A stretch of 64,000 nt of DNA, taken from the NCBI GenBank assembly GCA_001600695.1, contig BCKQ01000004.1, positions 479,583-543,582 of the forward strand. The letters run 5' to 3'. The notes below the pieces were generated by a model. It was not told where the DNA came from, made no database searches, and saw nothing but the letters and a program-made list of their open reading frames with translations. Both the position numbers and the translations under genes were made by a program. This stretch comes from Ascoidea asiatica JCM 7603 (Eukaryota > Fungi > Ascomycota). Numbering within the stretch: position 1 is the first letter of the stretch; each line of letters starts with the position of its first letter. Below, piece after piece: positions 44,098-54,589 of this stretch.

Positions 44098-45120
44098 CTA
44101 TATACTATAAATTATTTGACGTCCTAAAATAGTTTTATTTTCATGCTTTCTTTCAAAGTTTTGAATTATTTTTAGCCATTCCCAAATAACAGAACACAAA
44201 GAAACTTCAAAAAAAGTACAAAGCATTTCACACCAAAAACTTTTAGTAAGAAAAGATAAAGTGGTAAATAATACTGGCATTATTAATAGAAAAATTGAAA
44301 ACAATCCTAAGGGTAGAGACTTTTTATTATAGGCAAACTTCCTTTTGGTTATAGTATAATATAGAATTAGAACAATGAATAAAACAAAAACAATCATTCG
44401 TGTTGTGTAGGAAATTATTTTAATAGTTTTGTTAAAAACTTTATCATCAGGATTATAAAATAAATTAAGACAATCCATCAAAATTGTTATCATTGTTAAA
44501 AGACAACCTGTGACAATTAACTTTCTTTTATATTTGTAACTATAAATATTTATTAAAATATCGAACCAAGAAACTCTAATAAAAAATTCTAGAATTATTC
44601 TAGTTACGAGATACGTTAATCCTGCCATAACTTCTTCTTTAAATTCCTGAATATCTTGATGATTATTTTCATATTGATAATTTAATAAATCAGTTGTATT
44701 TGATAAAATAATCGAGCTAATAACCGCATAGAATACAGTTATAAAATATGTAAGTTTGGGTTTGGAATTAGATGATAATATCAATAAAAAGACCATCATC
44801 CAAATAGCAACCGTTATTCCACTTAAAACGTAAGAAACTGTTATAATACTGGTTTCAAAGTCATCTTTATAATCATTTGAACTGGATAAATATGCATTAT
44901 TATTAATATATGTATTTCCAAAGTTTAAAAAATCATTGATGAATGTCTCATTAGAGCAGTTAGAAAGATATAATATTGGATATCTAATTGTTGTGTTGTA
45001 GACCAAAGTTTCATTTGAAGTTATATTGCTTATTGTAAAAGTTCCAGAATTTAGTGAGTATATTGGACAGCCATTAGAATTAAGTAGATCTGAAATAGCT
45101 TGTTTATATGAATCTACCAT
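44098..45120 (-). CDS. PalH/Rim21/Dfg16-family 7-TM ambient pH sensor (no long C-terminal tail)
   Basis: Extracellular N-terminus with two Cys, about seven hydrophobic helices and the family end motif VIWEWLKIIQNFERKHENKTILGRQI. Confidence 0.78.
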   Translation of the reverse strand: MVDSYKQAISDLLNSNGCPIYSLNSGTFTISNITSNETLVYNTTIRYPILYLSNCSNETFINDFLNFGNTYINNNAYLSSSNDYKDDFETSIITVSYVLSGITVAIWMMVFLLILSSNSKPKLTYFITVFYAVISSIILSNTTDLLNYQYENNHQDIQEFKEEVMAGLTYLVTRIILEFFIRVSWFDILINIYSYKYKRKLIVTGCLLTMITILMDCLNLFYNPDDKVFNKTIKIISYTTRMIVFVLFIVLILYYTITKRKFAYNKKSLPLGLFSIFLLIMPVLFTTLSFLTKSFWCEMLCTFFEVSLCSVIWEWLKIIQNFERKHENKTILGRQIIYSI

Positions 45121-45605
45121 TTTTTGTGTATTACTTAATCATTATTATGCAATAGTTCAAGCAAAAATTATTCGTGTTAATCTTTAAAAAGAAGTTAAAT
45201 TATGATTAGAATGTTTAATTTTGTATTATTGAATTATCATAATATTTTCATTAAATATATTTTCTTTAGTTTTCTTAAGCTTTTGCTGATTGTAATTGTA
45301 CTCATAACGTTAATAGTCAAACCAAATATTTTTAGAAGCCCGCACTATCCAATATCTAGGGCAAACTTTGAGTATATTCAGTGCAGATTAATATGATAAA
45401 ATGTATGGTCAGCCACTCAAGCTAGTTTAGGTGGTTTTTAAAGCGGCAAATAAATTCTTTTATCGTCACGTGAAGTACCATTTGATAAAGAAACAAATAA
45501 GCACTATTTGTTTTAATACATAAGATGCTACTGTATTACCAAAGAAGTTTCTAAAAAAAAATTTATTGATTGTATAATTTTTATTTTGACAGTTTCGAAG
45601 TAAAT

Positions 45606-47615
45606 CTAAACAATTGAATCCGAAAATTCATCTTCATCTTCTAATCCATTTTCAAATTCTAGAGCAGCTTTTTCAGCTTCTTCTTGAACTTTTGTCAATC
45701 CACTAATTTCCTCTATATATTTACTATCATTTAATGCTCTTTTAACAAATTCCCATCCACCGGCTTGAAACTCTCTTAAAACATTCAATGAACAAGCAGA
45801 ACAATTTTTGTAGTTTGAAGAAGTAAGCTTTATATTTTGAAAGTTATGTAAAAAACCTCTAATTTGGTGAGGTAATTCTCCTAGAATTGTACTTTGAGAT
45901 CCATCAATAGTAGCTGGAGCAAACTGTTTTAAAGGATGGTGTAATATAGATACCAAAAGTTCCACAGCCAATGAAGAGGCCATTAGCGAAACACCAGGCC
46001 TTGTAACTGTACACATTTGATCTAATGTTCTATCACTTAAACTATCACCAGGAGCAAAAACATCATTACAAAAATAACAGCCTAACCTTTTATCATCTAC
46101 TTCTTCTTCTGAATTCAATACATTTAAATCCACACAACCGTGTCTTTGAATAACAAATGAATCAAAACCCAAAGCAACATTGATAGTAATTTTATTTAAG
46201 ACATTACAAATTACAGTTGGTAGCCATCTTGTTTCCCTGGAATCCATTAAAAGAAAAATTGCATCGTGATCTTTTATTAATTGATAAATTTTGCCAAAAT
46301 TTTCTTCTTCTAAATTATCTTTCTTAATGGGATGACCTATCATTGGAACTTCAATGTCAAAACCTTGTGAATTTATTGTCGGCAAAATGTTCTTTAAGGC
46401 TTCTGCTGCTTGTAAGCTTTTCACTTTTCCACCATCTAAACAATCTTCATAGTTATATAAAGGCTGCCTTACTGGATTAGAAAATGATACTTTACCATTA
46501 TCCACAAAAGTTATATTTTTTACACCCCATGCCATTAATGATCTAGAAACATACGAACCTAAAGTACCAGCACCTAATAATAAGCATTTAGTATTTTTTA
46601 TACTATTCAAATCAATATCTGGCATTAATCTCCATTTCATTAATTTTAGATTTAAATCGTTAGATTGGGAGGCTAACTGTATAGGATCAATTAATGAACC
46701 TAAATCCGCTAACTTTGGAGAGAGCCTATTGTTGACTGTTCTTTCCCATCCAATCCTTTTGAGGTCAGCATTATTTAACTCAAGATCTAACCAATGAGAA
46801 TCAGAAGTCGAGTGTATTCTGAAGATCAAAATCTTTACTTTATTTATCTGAAATTTATAATTCAAAAAAGTTAAAAAATTTCTTAATGACCAGCATGGTT
46901 TATTATTCATTGTTGATAAGTCAATCATACCAAATGAGTAAACATCTTCATTAGAAATGAAATTTGGTAAATTTGAAATTGAAACAGGCTGATTATCTTT
47001 GATCAAGAAAAATTGTTTTTGAGAATTAGGAATTTCTTTGTTATGCCACCAATTGTCTTTGATATTAGAAGAATGAAAATTTTGTTCAAGTGGCAAATTT
47101 TCTTTTATAATCCAGTCTAAATATAAAGTAGGAAAACAAAACCAATAGAAAAATTTATATTTTTTTAAATCAGAGAAAGATAGCACTTTGAAAGAACTAA
47201 GTTTATTAGGATTTTTCAAAATTGAATCATCTTTGAAATCTTGTGATAAACTATCTGTTAAATTTCTTAAAATTTTCTGTTTATCTGATTTTTTGAATTC
47301 TTCAATTGAATTTAAATTTTGTATAGAGCCGTTTATTAAATAGGAGGAATTTTCTGGTAAAGATTCTAGAATTTCAGAATGTTTGATTGAAGTCAATGAT
47401 AAAGAGTTTAAATTTAAAATTGGAGATTGGTTCTTTAGTTTTGAAGTCACCTCCAGATAACCAGTTATAGGAATATCCGAGGAATCAAGTCGCAATTTAT
47501 TTAGCTTCAAATCAGATAATTTAGTAAAAAATGATGAGTTGCAATATGATTGTGGAGATATTGTTTTTAAATGATTAATATCACTATTAGAAGAAGCAGA
47601 AGTAGGAGCAGACAT
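45606..47615 (-). CDS. ATG7: E1-like autophagy enzyme Atg7
   Basis: DLKKYKFFYWFCFP, DLNLKLMKWR, GAGTLG, VSFSNPVRQ, LGCYFCND and catalytic TLDQMCTVTRPG. Confidence 0.97.
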   Translation of the reverse strand: MSAPTSASSNSDINHLKTISPQSYCNSSFFTKLSDLKLNKLRLDSSDIPITGYLEVTSKLKNQSPILNLNSLSLTSIKHSEILESLPENSSYLINGSIQNLNSIEEFKKSDKQKILRNLTDSLSQDFKDDSILKNPNKLSSFKVLSFSDLKKYKFFYWFCFPTLYLDWIIKENLPLEQNFHSSNIKDNWWHNKEIPNSQKQFFLIKDNQPVSISNLPNFISNEDVYSFGMIDLSTMNNKPCWSLRNFLTFLNYKFQINKVKILIFRIHSTSDSHWLDLELNNADLKRIGWERTVNNRLSPKLADLGSLIDPIQLASQSNDLNLKLMKWRLMPDIDLNSIKNTKCLLLGAGTLGSYVSRSLMAWGVKNITFVDNGKVSFSNPVRQPLYNYEDCLDGGKVKSLQAAEALKNILPTINSQGFDIEVPMIGHPIKKDNLEEENFGKIYQLIKDHDAIFLLMDSRETRWLPTVICNVLNKITINVALGFDSFVIQRHGCVDLNVLNSEEEVDDKRLGCYFCNDVFAPGDSLSDRTLDQMCTVTRPGVSLMASSLAVELLVSILHHPLKQFAPATIDGSQSTILGELPHQIRGFLHNFQNIKLTSSNYKNCSACSLNVLREFQAGGWEFVKRALNDSKYIEEISGLTKVQEEAEKAALEFENGLEDEDEFSDSIV

Positions 47616-47781
47616 TGTTTAATGTAGTAGCTAACGGTTGTTAAATATAAAAATATGTTTGAGGAAAATGTTTTTAATGAAATTATTTATTCAACAATAT
47701 ATTAGTTCTTTGATTTTTAATCTTTCTTTTTGAAAATGGTTTTATTGATACTATTGTGAGTTATAAATAAAGATTCTTATC

Positions 47782-47973
47782 GTACCGGAGTTGGTTATTT
47801 ATTGGAAGTTTGATAGTGCAGTTGCCTCTCGAGTCTTACCGGTCGTATGCATGACTATCGCAATTTGCTACATCCGCACCAGATTAACGGACCTCTTACT
47901 TGGAACTTAGGGAACGTGGGGTTTGGAAGCGATAGCCGATAGGCTAACCCACCAGGCTATTGGATCTACAAAA
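47782..47973 (+). ncRNA. Candidate box H/ACA snoRNA, possibly guiding the 18S U466 equivalent (snR189-like)
   Basis: Hairpin, H box (AGATTA 47881-47886), second hairpin, then ACA (47968-47970). The first pocket carries GTTATTTATTG and CTAC, complementary to 18S GUAG-U-GA-CAAUAAAUAAC. Confidence 0.55.
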
Positions 47974-48068
47974 TTATGCTGGAAGTTTATTATGCATTCA
48001 ATTATATTTTTGAAAGACTATTATTTGGGATCATTTCGAAAAAGTCTATGGACGATTTATTTAACAAA

Positions 48069-51000
48069 TCAAGCATGCAAGGATCTTTGAATTTGACAAA
48101 ATCCATCTTTTATCTCAATAGCCTCATATGAACCTTCAAGACTTGTCACTGTTCTATATTCATAATCCATAATATCATTTACATAATAGTTTTCAAAATT
48201 TTTTCCATTGTTGAAAATTCTTGTATAAACAAAATTGAATGGAGGTTCTCCGTTTGTGAACTTGAAGACAAGCTCAACCTCGTCACCTTCTTCGATATTT
48301 TCAACAATATGATTTGTGGATATTTCAACTGAAGGAATTGGGTGAATTTGGAGTTCATAACTATTTTGGATGATTTCTTCTTCAGTGAATTCAATCTTAC
48401 AATTCATGTAATCTTTAATCGAGATTATTCTGAACACACCAGATTCACTTGCAATTCTTATGAATCGATAGTCATTGAGAATGGCTTTATTAAATTTTCC
48501 ATTGAAAGAGTATGAAATTTCAAATGGAGGTTGTCCAATTAATTGATAACTTATATGATCACCGACACAATAGCTATTATGATTATTGTTATTAATGACT
48601 CTAATCTTAGGAATATCAGTTATGGATATCACTATCTGATTTTTACTTTTTCCAGCGAAATTATCTTCGACACACCCTTTGCTATCCGTTATTTTTTTAA
48701 TCGTGAGAATATGATTTCCTAATGATAGATAATTATAGATTTCTTGATTAAGATTCAATGTATTGGAATTAATATTATTCAAAAGCAAGGAATTTACTTT
48801 ATTCATATTCTCATTGAAAACTTCTAACTGAATAGTGAATGGTTTATGGCCAGTTAAATCTAATATTATAGGTTTTAATGAATTTGATTCATTGTTATCA
48901 TCTGGAAACTTAAAGCCAGAATTTTTGATTCCCAGGTGTCTACCCCCTTGTAATTGAGTTTGACAAGCCTTATATATTTTATGATTGTTATTATTATTGT
49001 AATTGAATTCTGCCCATGGTAATGGCAAGACTTTTTGCTTAATTGTTATATCTTCAAACTTACTATACTTGCCGGCTTCCTTTAGTCTTCTGATATCTCT
49101 TTCTTTATAAATCGAATCAAAAACGCCAGTGAAAACAACCTCATAATCTCCAATTATCTTTTCTGTATCTTTTAAATCGTTATTATTGAGTAAATTTAAG
49201 GAAAAATAGTTATTAGGGACAACTATTGAATTAAATTTTCTACCACCACTGGGTAAATTGATATAATAATTTATAGTGAAAGGTGCTTTCCCTTGAAGCA
49301 TAAAATCAATGAAGTTGTCATTGTTATTTACACAAATATCATTCTTTTTAAAAGAATTAGCCAAACTCAAAGGGCAAATTGTCGATTCTAAATTTTTATC
49401 TTTGATACTGGTATCAACACTGATAGAAGGCAAAGCAAAAAAACTCACATTATAGAAAAATTTACTCTCAACAGATCCGGGACAAGAAGAATCCTTCAAT
49501 CCTTTCAAATAATATACGCCTGAATCTTTTATTGAGAGCTTATTGCCAGAACTTGATGGTCTAGAAAATGTAGACAATATATTCTCCTTGATTACTTCAT
49601 TTTTATTATTTCTAATTTCATAAATCAATTCTAAATTTTGATCACCGATTAATTTTAACGGTAGATTGAACTCCTCTCCTTGTTTTATCTTTAGATTATA
49701 ACCATTGCCGTTTTTTGCAGGAGAATATTGAATTGGCTTTTTATTGATATTCAAGTAAGTATTATCCATCTCTAAAAATTCAGCGTATGGAGAAACCTTT
49801 TTAACAAGTAAGTTTACTGCTTGCTGTTTTAATGTTACCAAGCATCCAGAGGAATCAACGACCGAGATTAAAGAAACCAAATAATTACCACCAACTTTAA
49901 ATCCGGGAATTAGAATATTAAAATCATTACTAGTTATATTCGATGCCAGTTTCACTACTCTTCTTGAAGTTTGCTTTTCAAGAATTTCATAATATATTTC
50001 AAATGGAGCTTCTCCTTGAAGATTCACTTTTAGTGAAGTCCCTTCCTCAAGACAAAGATTCTTTGAAATTTTTGGAACTGTTGGAACAGATCCACCTACT
50101 CCATTATATTGCCTTAGCTGCGTGTTATCATTTTCTCCCTGTGAGAAATATGCATCAGGTTTTGCCCTCATTCTTGTTTTGAAGGTAAAATTATCATTTC
50201 CAGATGATAAACTATTATCTTTATAAAAATTATCACTTATTGATGTAAATTGAATTTCATAATCTCCTTCTGTTGTTGGTTTGAAACTGTATTGATGTCT
50301 GTCTAGCATAGAAGTAATTTTTCTCTCATCAAAAAGTTCTTTTATATTTGAATATTTATTGATCTTGTAAATTTTTGTTTTAAGTTCAAAAGGAGCTGTT
50401 CCACTGAATAACAAATCAAATTTCAAACCTATTTGACCTAAACATGTATCAATTACAGGTTCACTAGAATATATTTTCAAAGTAGGCTCTAATGCTCTAA
50501 ATTCAATAACTGGTGCAGCATCTAATGGAATTGTACCCCGGCAAAATTTTGAAAAAACTGAAATCAATGAATATGAGCCTGAATCTGAAACTTCTAGCTG
50601 GAAATCATTATTTTCATCAAATTCATGATAAATATTACTTGTTTTATATGAAATGTCATCAATAAAAGATATATTTGCCTTATAAGGAGAGTATTTTCTT
50701 AGTTCGTCTAAGTTAATCTTGTTATTATAGTTATTGTTAATGACTAAACTTAAACTTTTTTTAGAATCACCAATTAGTGGAAGATTAGAATTATGATCGG
50801 CCAATTGAAGTAAAGGACGACCATATACTTTGAATGAATATAATAAATCATTGAATTTCAAAAGATCATCAGTAGATTCTATTGAAGTTCCCATGAAATT
50901 TGGATTTTTTAAATAATATTTAGAAAATTTATTATGGGGATTATTGATCAAATAGTCAAGAACACTTCTATAAATAGAAGTATAATTTATAGTATTTCCA

Positions 51001-52466
51001 AGACCATCAGTAATTTCTTCAATTCTATAAGAATGATCTCCAATTGTTTTGATTAATTCATCAAGTTCAACCTCGACACTTGATGGACTAGACCAAATGT
51101 AAAAGGATTTAAGATCATTTTGTGAAAGAGTTGGCAAAATGATTTCATCTGATGAAGATGCTATTGAAAATAGAGGTGATTTAAAATCAACTCTGGAAGA
51201 AATTAAATTTTTTTGTTGAAAAACATCGACTTTTTCATTAATGAGCTTTTTATATTTAAGAGATAAAGGAGCAACACCATTAACGATTATTTTAAGTTTA
51301 GTTAAATCGTTTACACATTTGAAGTTATTATCATTATCATATTCTTGAATATCAAAAGATTTTGATGAAGATTTAGAGTTTTTAAGTTCTAAATAGCTAT
51401 CAAATAAAGATAATCTGTAAAACTTTTGGTTTTCAATTCGAGCTGAGGGGCATTTTGGAACAACAATTCCTGAATTTTGAACAGAAATATGTGATTGTTT
51501 AGAATCCAAAATTCTATTTATTTTATATAAACCGGGTAAAGAAACAGGAATATTAATATAAGTTATTTTATTAGCCAATTTTGAATCAGTATATTGATCA
51601 GTTGTTTCAGAATCCTTTGGTTTGAAGGATAAATTTTTTAATTGTTTTGCTGTAAAATTTAAATAATTGATATTTTTTGAGTAATCAATATGAAGTAACT
51701 GTAAAAATAAAATATCATTAGTTGAATTGATTTTTAAAGGAATATTAATATTATAAGGGATCCCCACTGGTAAAGAATTAGGTATATTGATTGAATCACC
51801 AACCAAACAAAAAGATTGATTAAATGGATTGAAAATTGAATTAGATTTAGGTAAAATATTAACAATTTTTTTACCTTTAAAATGTTCATTTGCATCCAAA
51901 TTTAATACCAGACCTCCAATTGTATCTTCTTTTATATTAATTTCATTGAAACTGCCAAAGGAAGGAGGAGATGATGTTATAACAGATTGACGAGTAGAAA
52001 TTGGAGAAGATTTAGAATAAAAAGGTAATATTGAAGAAAATAGTGATATTGAAGTTAAAACTATGGATGAAATTAAAGCAGTTAAATTACAGGATAATAG
52101 TATAGTTATCAGAGTTATGATAATTATTTGAATAAATGTTATAAAAGGATTAAAGGTCAAAAATGGAATTCTAAATACAGGTAATAACCAAAGATATATT
52201 GAATCAATTATGAAAAATTTAATAAAGAAAAAAATAAATGAAGAATTGGATATAAATATAGAATTATCATAATCATGTGTTTGAAAGACAATAGCTTTAA
52301 TTTGAAAAGAATTTTGTAATTTCCATGCCTGAATTAATAAAAATATTGCAATGAAATATAACCTTTGAGATGCTAAATCTATTATTGATGAAGGAATTAA
52401 AGGTTTTATTTGTTTAAAAGGAGATTTTTGGAACCCATTGTTTTTTGAAGTCTTTATCTGTATCAT
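48069..52466 (-). CDS. POM152: Transmembrane nucleoporin Pom152; first ATG at 52466
   Basis: PLIPSSIIDLASQRLY, LPVFRIPFLTF, HFKGKKIVNILP, repeated Ig-like units with G-x-(A/P)-PF motifs and C-terminal GSYEAIEIKDGFC. Confidence 0.92.
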   Translation of the reverse strand: MIQIKTSKNNGFQKSPFKQIKPLIPSSIIDLASQRLYFIAIFLLIQAWKLQNSFQIKAIVFQTHDYDNSIFISNSSFIFFFIKFFIIDSIYLWLLPVFRIPFLTFNPFITFIQIIIITLITILLSCNLTALISSIVLTSISLFSSILPFYSKSSPISTRQSVITSSPPSFGSFNEINIKEDTIGGLVLNLDANEHFKGKKIVNILPKSNSIFNPFNQSFCLVGDSINIPNSLPVGIPYNINIPLKINSTNDILFLQLLHIDYSKNINYLNFTAKQLKNLSFKPKDSETTDQYTDSKLANKITYINIPVSLPGLYKINRILDSKQSHISVQNSGIVVPKCPSARIENQKFYRLSLFDSYLELKNSKSSSKSFDIQEYDNDNNFKCVNDLTKLKIIVNGVAPLSLKYKKLINEKVDVFQQKNLISSRVDFKSPLFSIASSSDEIILPTLSQNDLKSFYIWSSPSSVEVELDELIKTIGDHSYRIEEITDGLGNTINYTSIYRSVLDYLINNPHNKFSKYYLKNPNFMGTSIESTDDLLKFNDLLYSFKVYGRPLLQLADHNSNLPLIGDSKKSLSLVINNNYNNKINLDELRKYSPYKANISFIDDISYKTSNIYHEFDENNDFQLEVSDSGSYSLISVFSKFCRGTIPLDAAPVIEFRALEPTLKIYSSEPVIDTCLGQIGLKFDLLFSGTAPFELKTKIYKINKYSNIKELFDERKITSMLDRHQYSFKPTTEGDYEIQFTSISDNFYKDNSLSSGNDNFTFKTRMRAKPDAYFSQGENDNTQLRQYNGVGGSVPTVPKISKNLCLEEGTSLKVNLQGEAPFEIYYEILEKQTSRRVVKLASNITSNDFNILIPGFKVGGNYLVSLISVVDSSGCLVTLKQQAVNLLVKKVSPYAEFLEMDNTYLNINKKPIQYSPAKNGNGYNLKIKQGEEFNLPLKLIGDQNLELIYEIRNNKNEVIKENILSTFSRPSSSGNKLSIKDSGVYYLKGLKDSSCPGSVESKFFYNVSFFALPSISVDTSIKDKNLESTICPLSLANSFKKNDICVNNNDNFIDFMLQGKAPFTINYYINLPSGGRKFNSIVVPNNYFSLNLLNNNDLKDTEKIIGDYEVVFTGVFDSIYKERDIRRLKEAGKYSKFEDITIKQKVLPLPWAEFNYNNNNNHKIYKACQTQLQGGRHLGIKNSGFKFPDDNNESNSLKPIILDLTGHKPFTIQLEVFNENMNKVNSLLLNNINSNTLNLNQEIYNYLSLGNHILTIKKITDSKGCVEDNFAGKSKNQIVISITDIPKIRVINNNNHNSYCVGDHISYQLIGQPPFEISYSFNGKFNKAILNDYRFIRIASESGVFRIISIKDYMNCKIEFTEEEIIQNSYELQIHPIPSVEISTNHIVENIEEGDEVELVFKFTNGEPPFNFVYTRIFNNGKNFENYYVNDIMDYEYRTVTSLEGSYEAIEIKDGFCQIQRSLHA

Positions 52467-53657
52467 TTCCAAAACAGTTGAAGACTCTAAAAAAGAGAAT
52501 AATGACAATACTTGATAAATTGAATTGAATCAAATTAAATAAAATAGAAATGAATTGAATTGAATTGAATTGTTTTGAATTAAATTATTGAAATTTATTT
52601 GGAGTTTTTTGGGTTCAACCAAATCAAAACAATCAAAATTTCATTAACGGTAATGTTAAGTTTAGATTCGTAAATAATGAAAAAATATTCACAACATGTG
52701 ACCTAAAAGTAAGGGCTACAAAAATATCAATAATTGAGATATGAAAGGTGATTTTACTAAACAAACAAAGATTATTTGTTGGCAAATAAGTATTTGAAAT
52801 CTTCGTGAGCTCATATGTACATTTTTTTTGAGTAACATCATGACCACTAAAGAATTAAGCAAAAAAAAACATTGAATGAGATTGTATTTACTTTTTACGT
52901 CGGTGTTTCTTCCATGTTTTATCATAAAAGAGCAGTATTTCAGTTTCAGTTACTAACTCAAGAACGGGAAAAATAGTAGGAAATTATTATTTCAATGATA
53001 CATAATCTTTTATAGTCATTATATGATAATACTGAAAGGATAACCCCATAGTCAAGAAATATAAGCAATGATTGGTAAGGAAATGTACTAAGATATTTAT
53101 CTTAAGGAATAGGTTGCAACGCTGAGAATGATTCAAAATGATAAATACTGTCAAGTTCCTAGCCAAGAGAAAGCTCACCAGAAAAAAATACAGAAGATGA
53201 AGCAGCAGAAACAGCTGAGTTTGGAGAAAGAGTGGCAAAACTGTGGCATATTGTTAGCAAAATAGCCTTCCAATTTGGTTTTGTGTAAGCGCCGGTACAC
53301 ACTAATTCACAAATGTAAGCAGATCTAGTTAGCAAATCAGAAACAGCAGCAACTTCAGCTGTTTTTTGTGTTTTGTGATGGCTATTCCCTCTTGTTTTTT
53401 TCTACAAATTCTGTAGTTGTTTGTTCCTTATATTATATCCTATTTTCCTTTATTGTTTTTTTTCCTATTATTTATATTTTTTTTTATTTTCCTTTATTGT
53501 TTTATTAATTTTGGCCAACTTGATAGTTATTAATTCAGTTTCATATCAATTAATTCTGTCAAAGCTTATAATCATCTTAATAAAACTAAAAATTATTATA
53601 TTTATCTTTGTTAAAATCTCTTCAATTGATTATAAAATCTTCAATTAATTAAGAAAA

Positions 53658-53831
53658 ATGCAATTGTCAAAAGTTTTAATCTTAGTCACAGCCTTATGTG
53701 CTTCAGCATATGCTGCCACTAATAATAGTACAAATGCTGCAACTAATGCTGCTCCAGCTGTTTATGAAAATAAGTTTGCTTTAGGTTCTTTAGGCGCTGC
53801 TCTTGTTGTTGGAGCTGCTTTTATTATCTAA
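53658..53831 (+). CDS. 57-aa Ddr2/Hor7-like small secreted stress protein (absent from the ORF track)
   Basis: MQLSKVLILVTALCASAYAATNNSTNAATNAAPAVYENKFALGSLGAALVVGAAFII: signal peptide, NxS/T sequons, NAAPA motif and hydrophobic tail. Start context AAAAATG and preferred codons. Confidence 0.8.
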   Translation: MQLSKVLILVTALCASAYAATNNSTNAATNAAPAVYENKFALGSLGAALVVGAAFII

Positions 53832-54589
53832 TCAGGAATCATTATAGAATTATCACTTCATATTCAAACACTTCTGGTTTTGAAAAGATAATGAGGTTAT
53901 ATTAATTTTAAAATTGAATATTATTGCTGCTGGAATTTAAGCTTTTCTTTGTTTCTAATTCAGTGTATTTCAAAAATTCAATTTTATTATAAAATCAAAA
54001 ATAGATCTGATTATCAAAATTAAAACCGGGTTATAATGGGAGTCATATTGTTTTCTATTGGTTTATCCACTTTATTTTATTTTATTTCACTTTATTTTAC
54101 TTTATTTTATTTCATCTATTCAATCTTATATTTTTATTTCTCCCATCCTATTTATTAATCATCATTTGTTATCGTGGTATGATTTCTTTCTGTCTCTTTT
54201 TATTTATTTTTATGCTAAGCATTATTCTTGGCCGACAGATAAGATTCATAGACGTATATACAATATAATATATGTTCAACATCATATAAAAAAAAAGCTA
54301 GAAAATTCAAGATTTCAATTGTAGAAAAAAAATAGTAAAATCCAAATTTTAATTTGTATTGCCATATAAAACTTTTATTTTGATTAATCAAAAAAAATGA
54401 AAATTGGTTTAATAGTTACTTATGTTAACTCGAATAACTTTTTCACAAAATAATATCAGTAATATAAACGTTATTAAAAAATTTTATATCAAATATTTGG
54501 AGTTAAATAATATAAGGTATGATTATATATTAATATAACAGTACAACATGATAATTAAGGTGACTAAATTAGTTAATTAATTAATTTAT

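Noticed and set aside
1471-47615. ATG12/ATG7 and RPT2/SEM1 as functional gene clusters
   Set aside because: Separated by unrelated genes, so co-occurrence is compatible with chance.
47770-47980. SRP, RNase P/MRP or spliceosomal snRNA
   Set aside because: Their signature motifs were not found on either strand. The H/ACA layout fits better.
15774-50182. Short ORFs nested in or antisense to GLK1, YHC1, TUL1, RPT2, BIR1, SET9, ECM33, ARO80 and POM152
   Set aside because: Shadow frames of well-supported genes.
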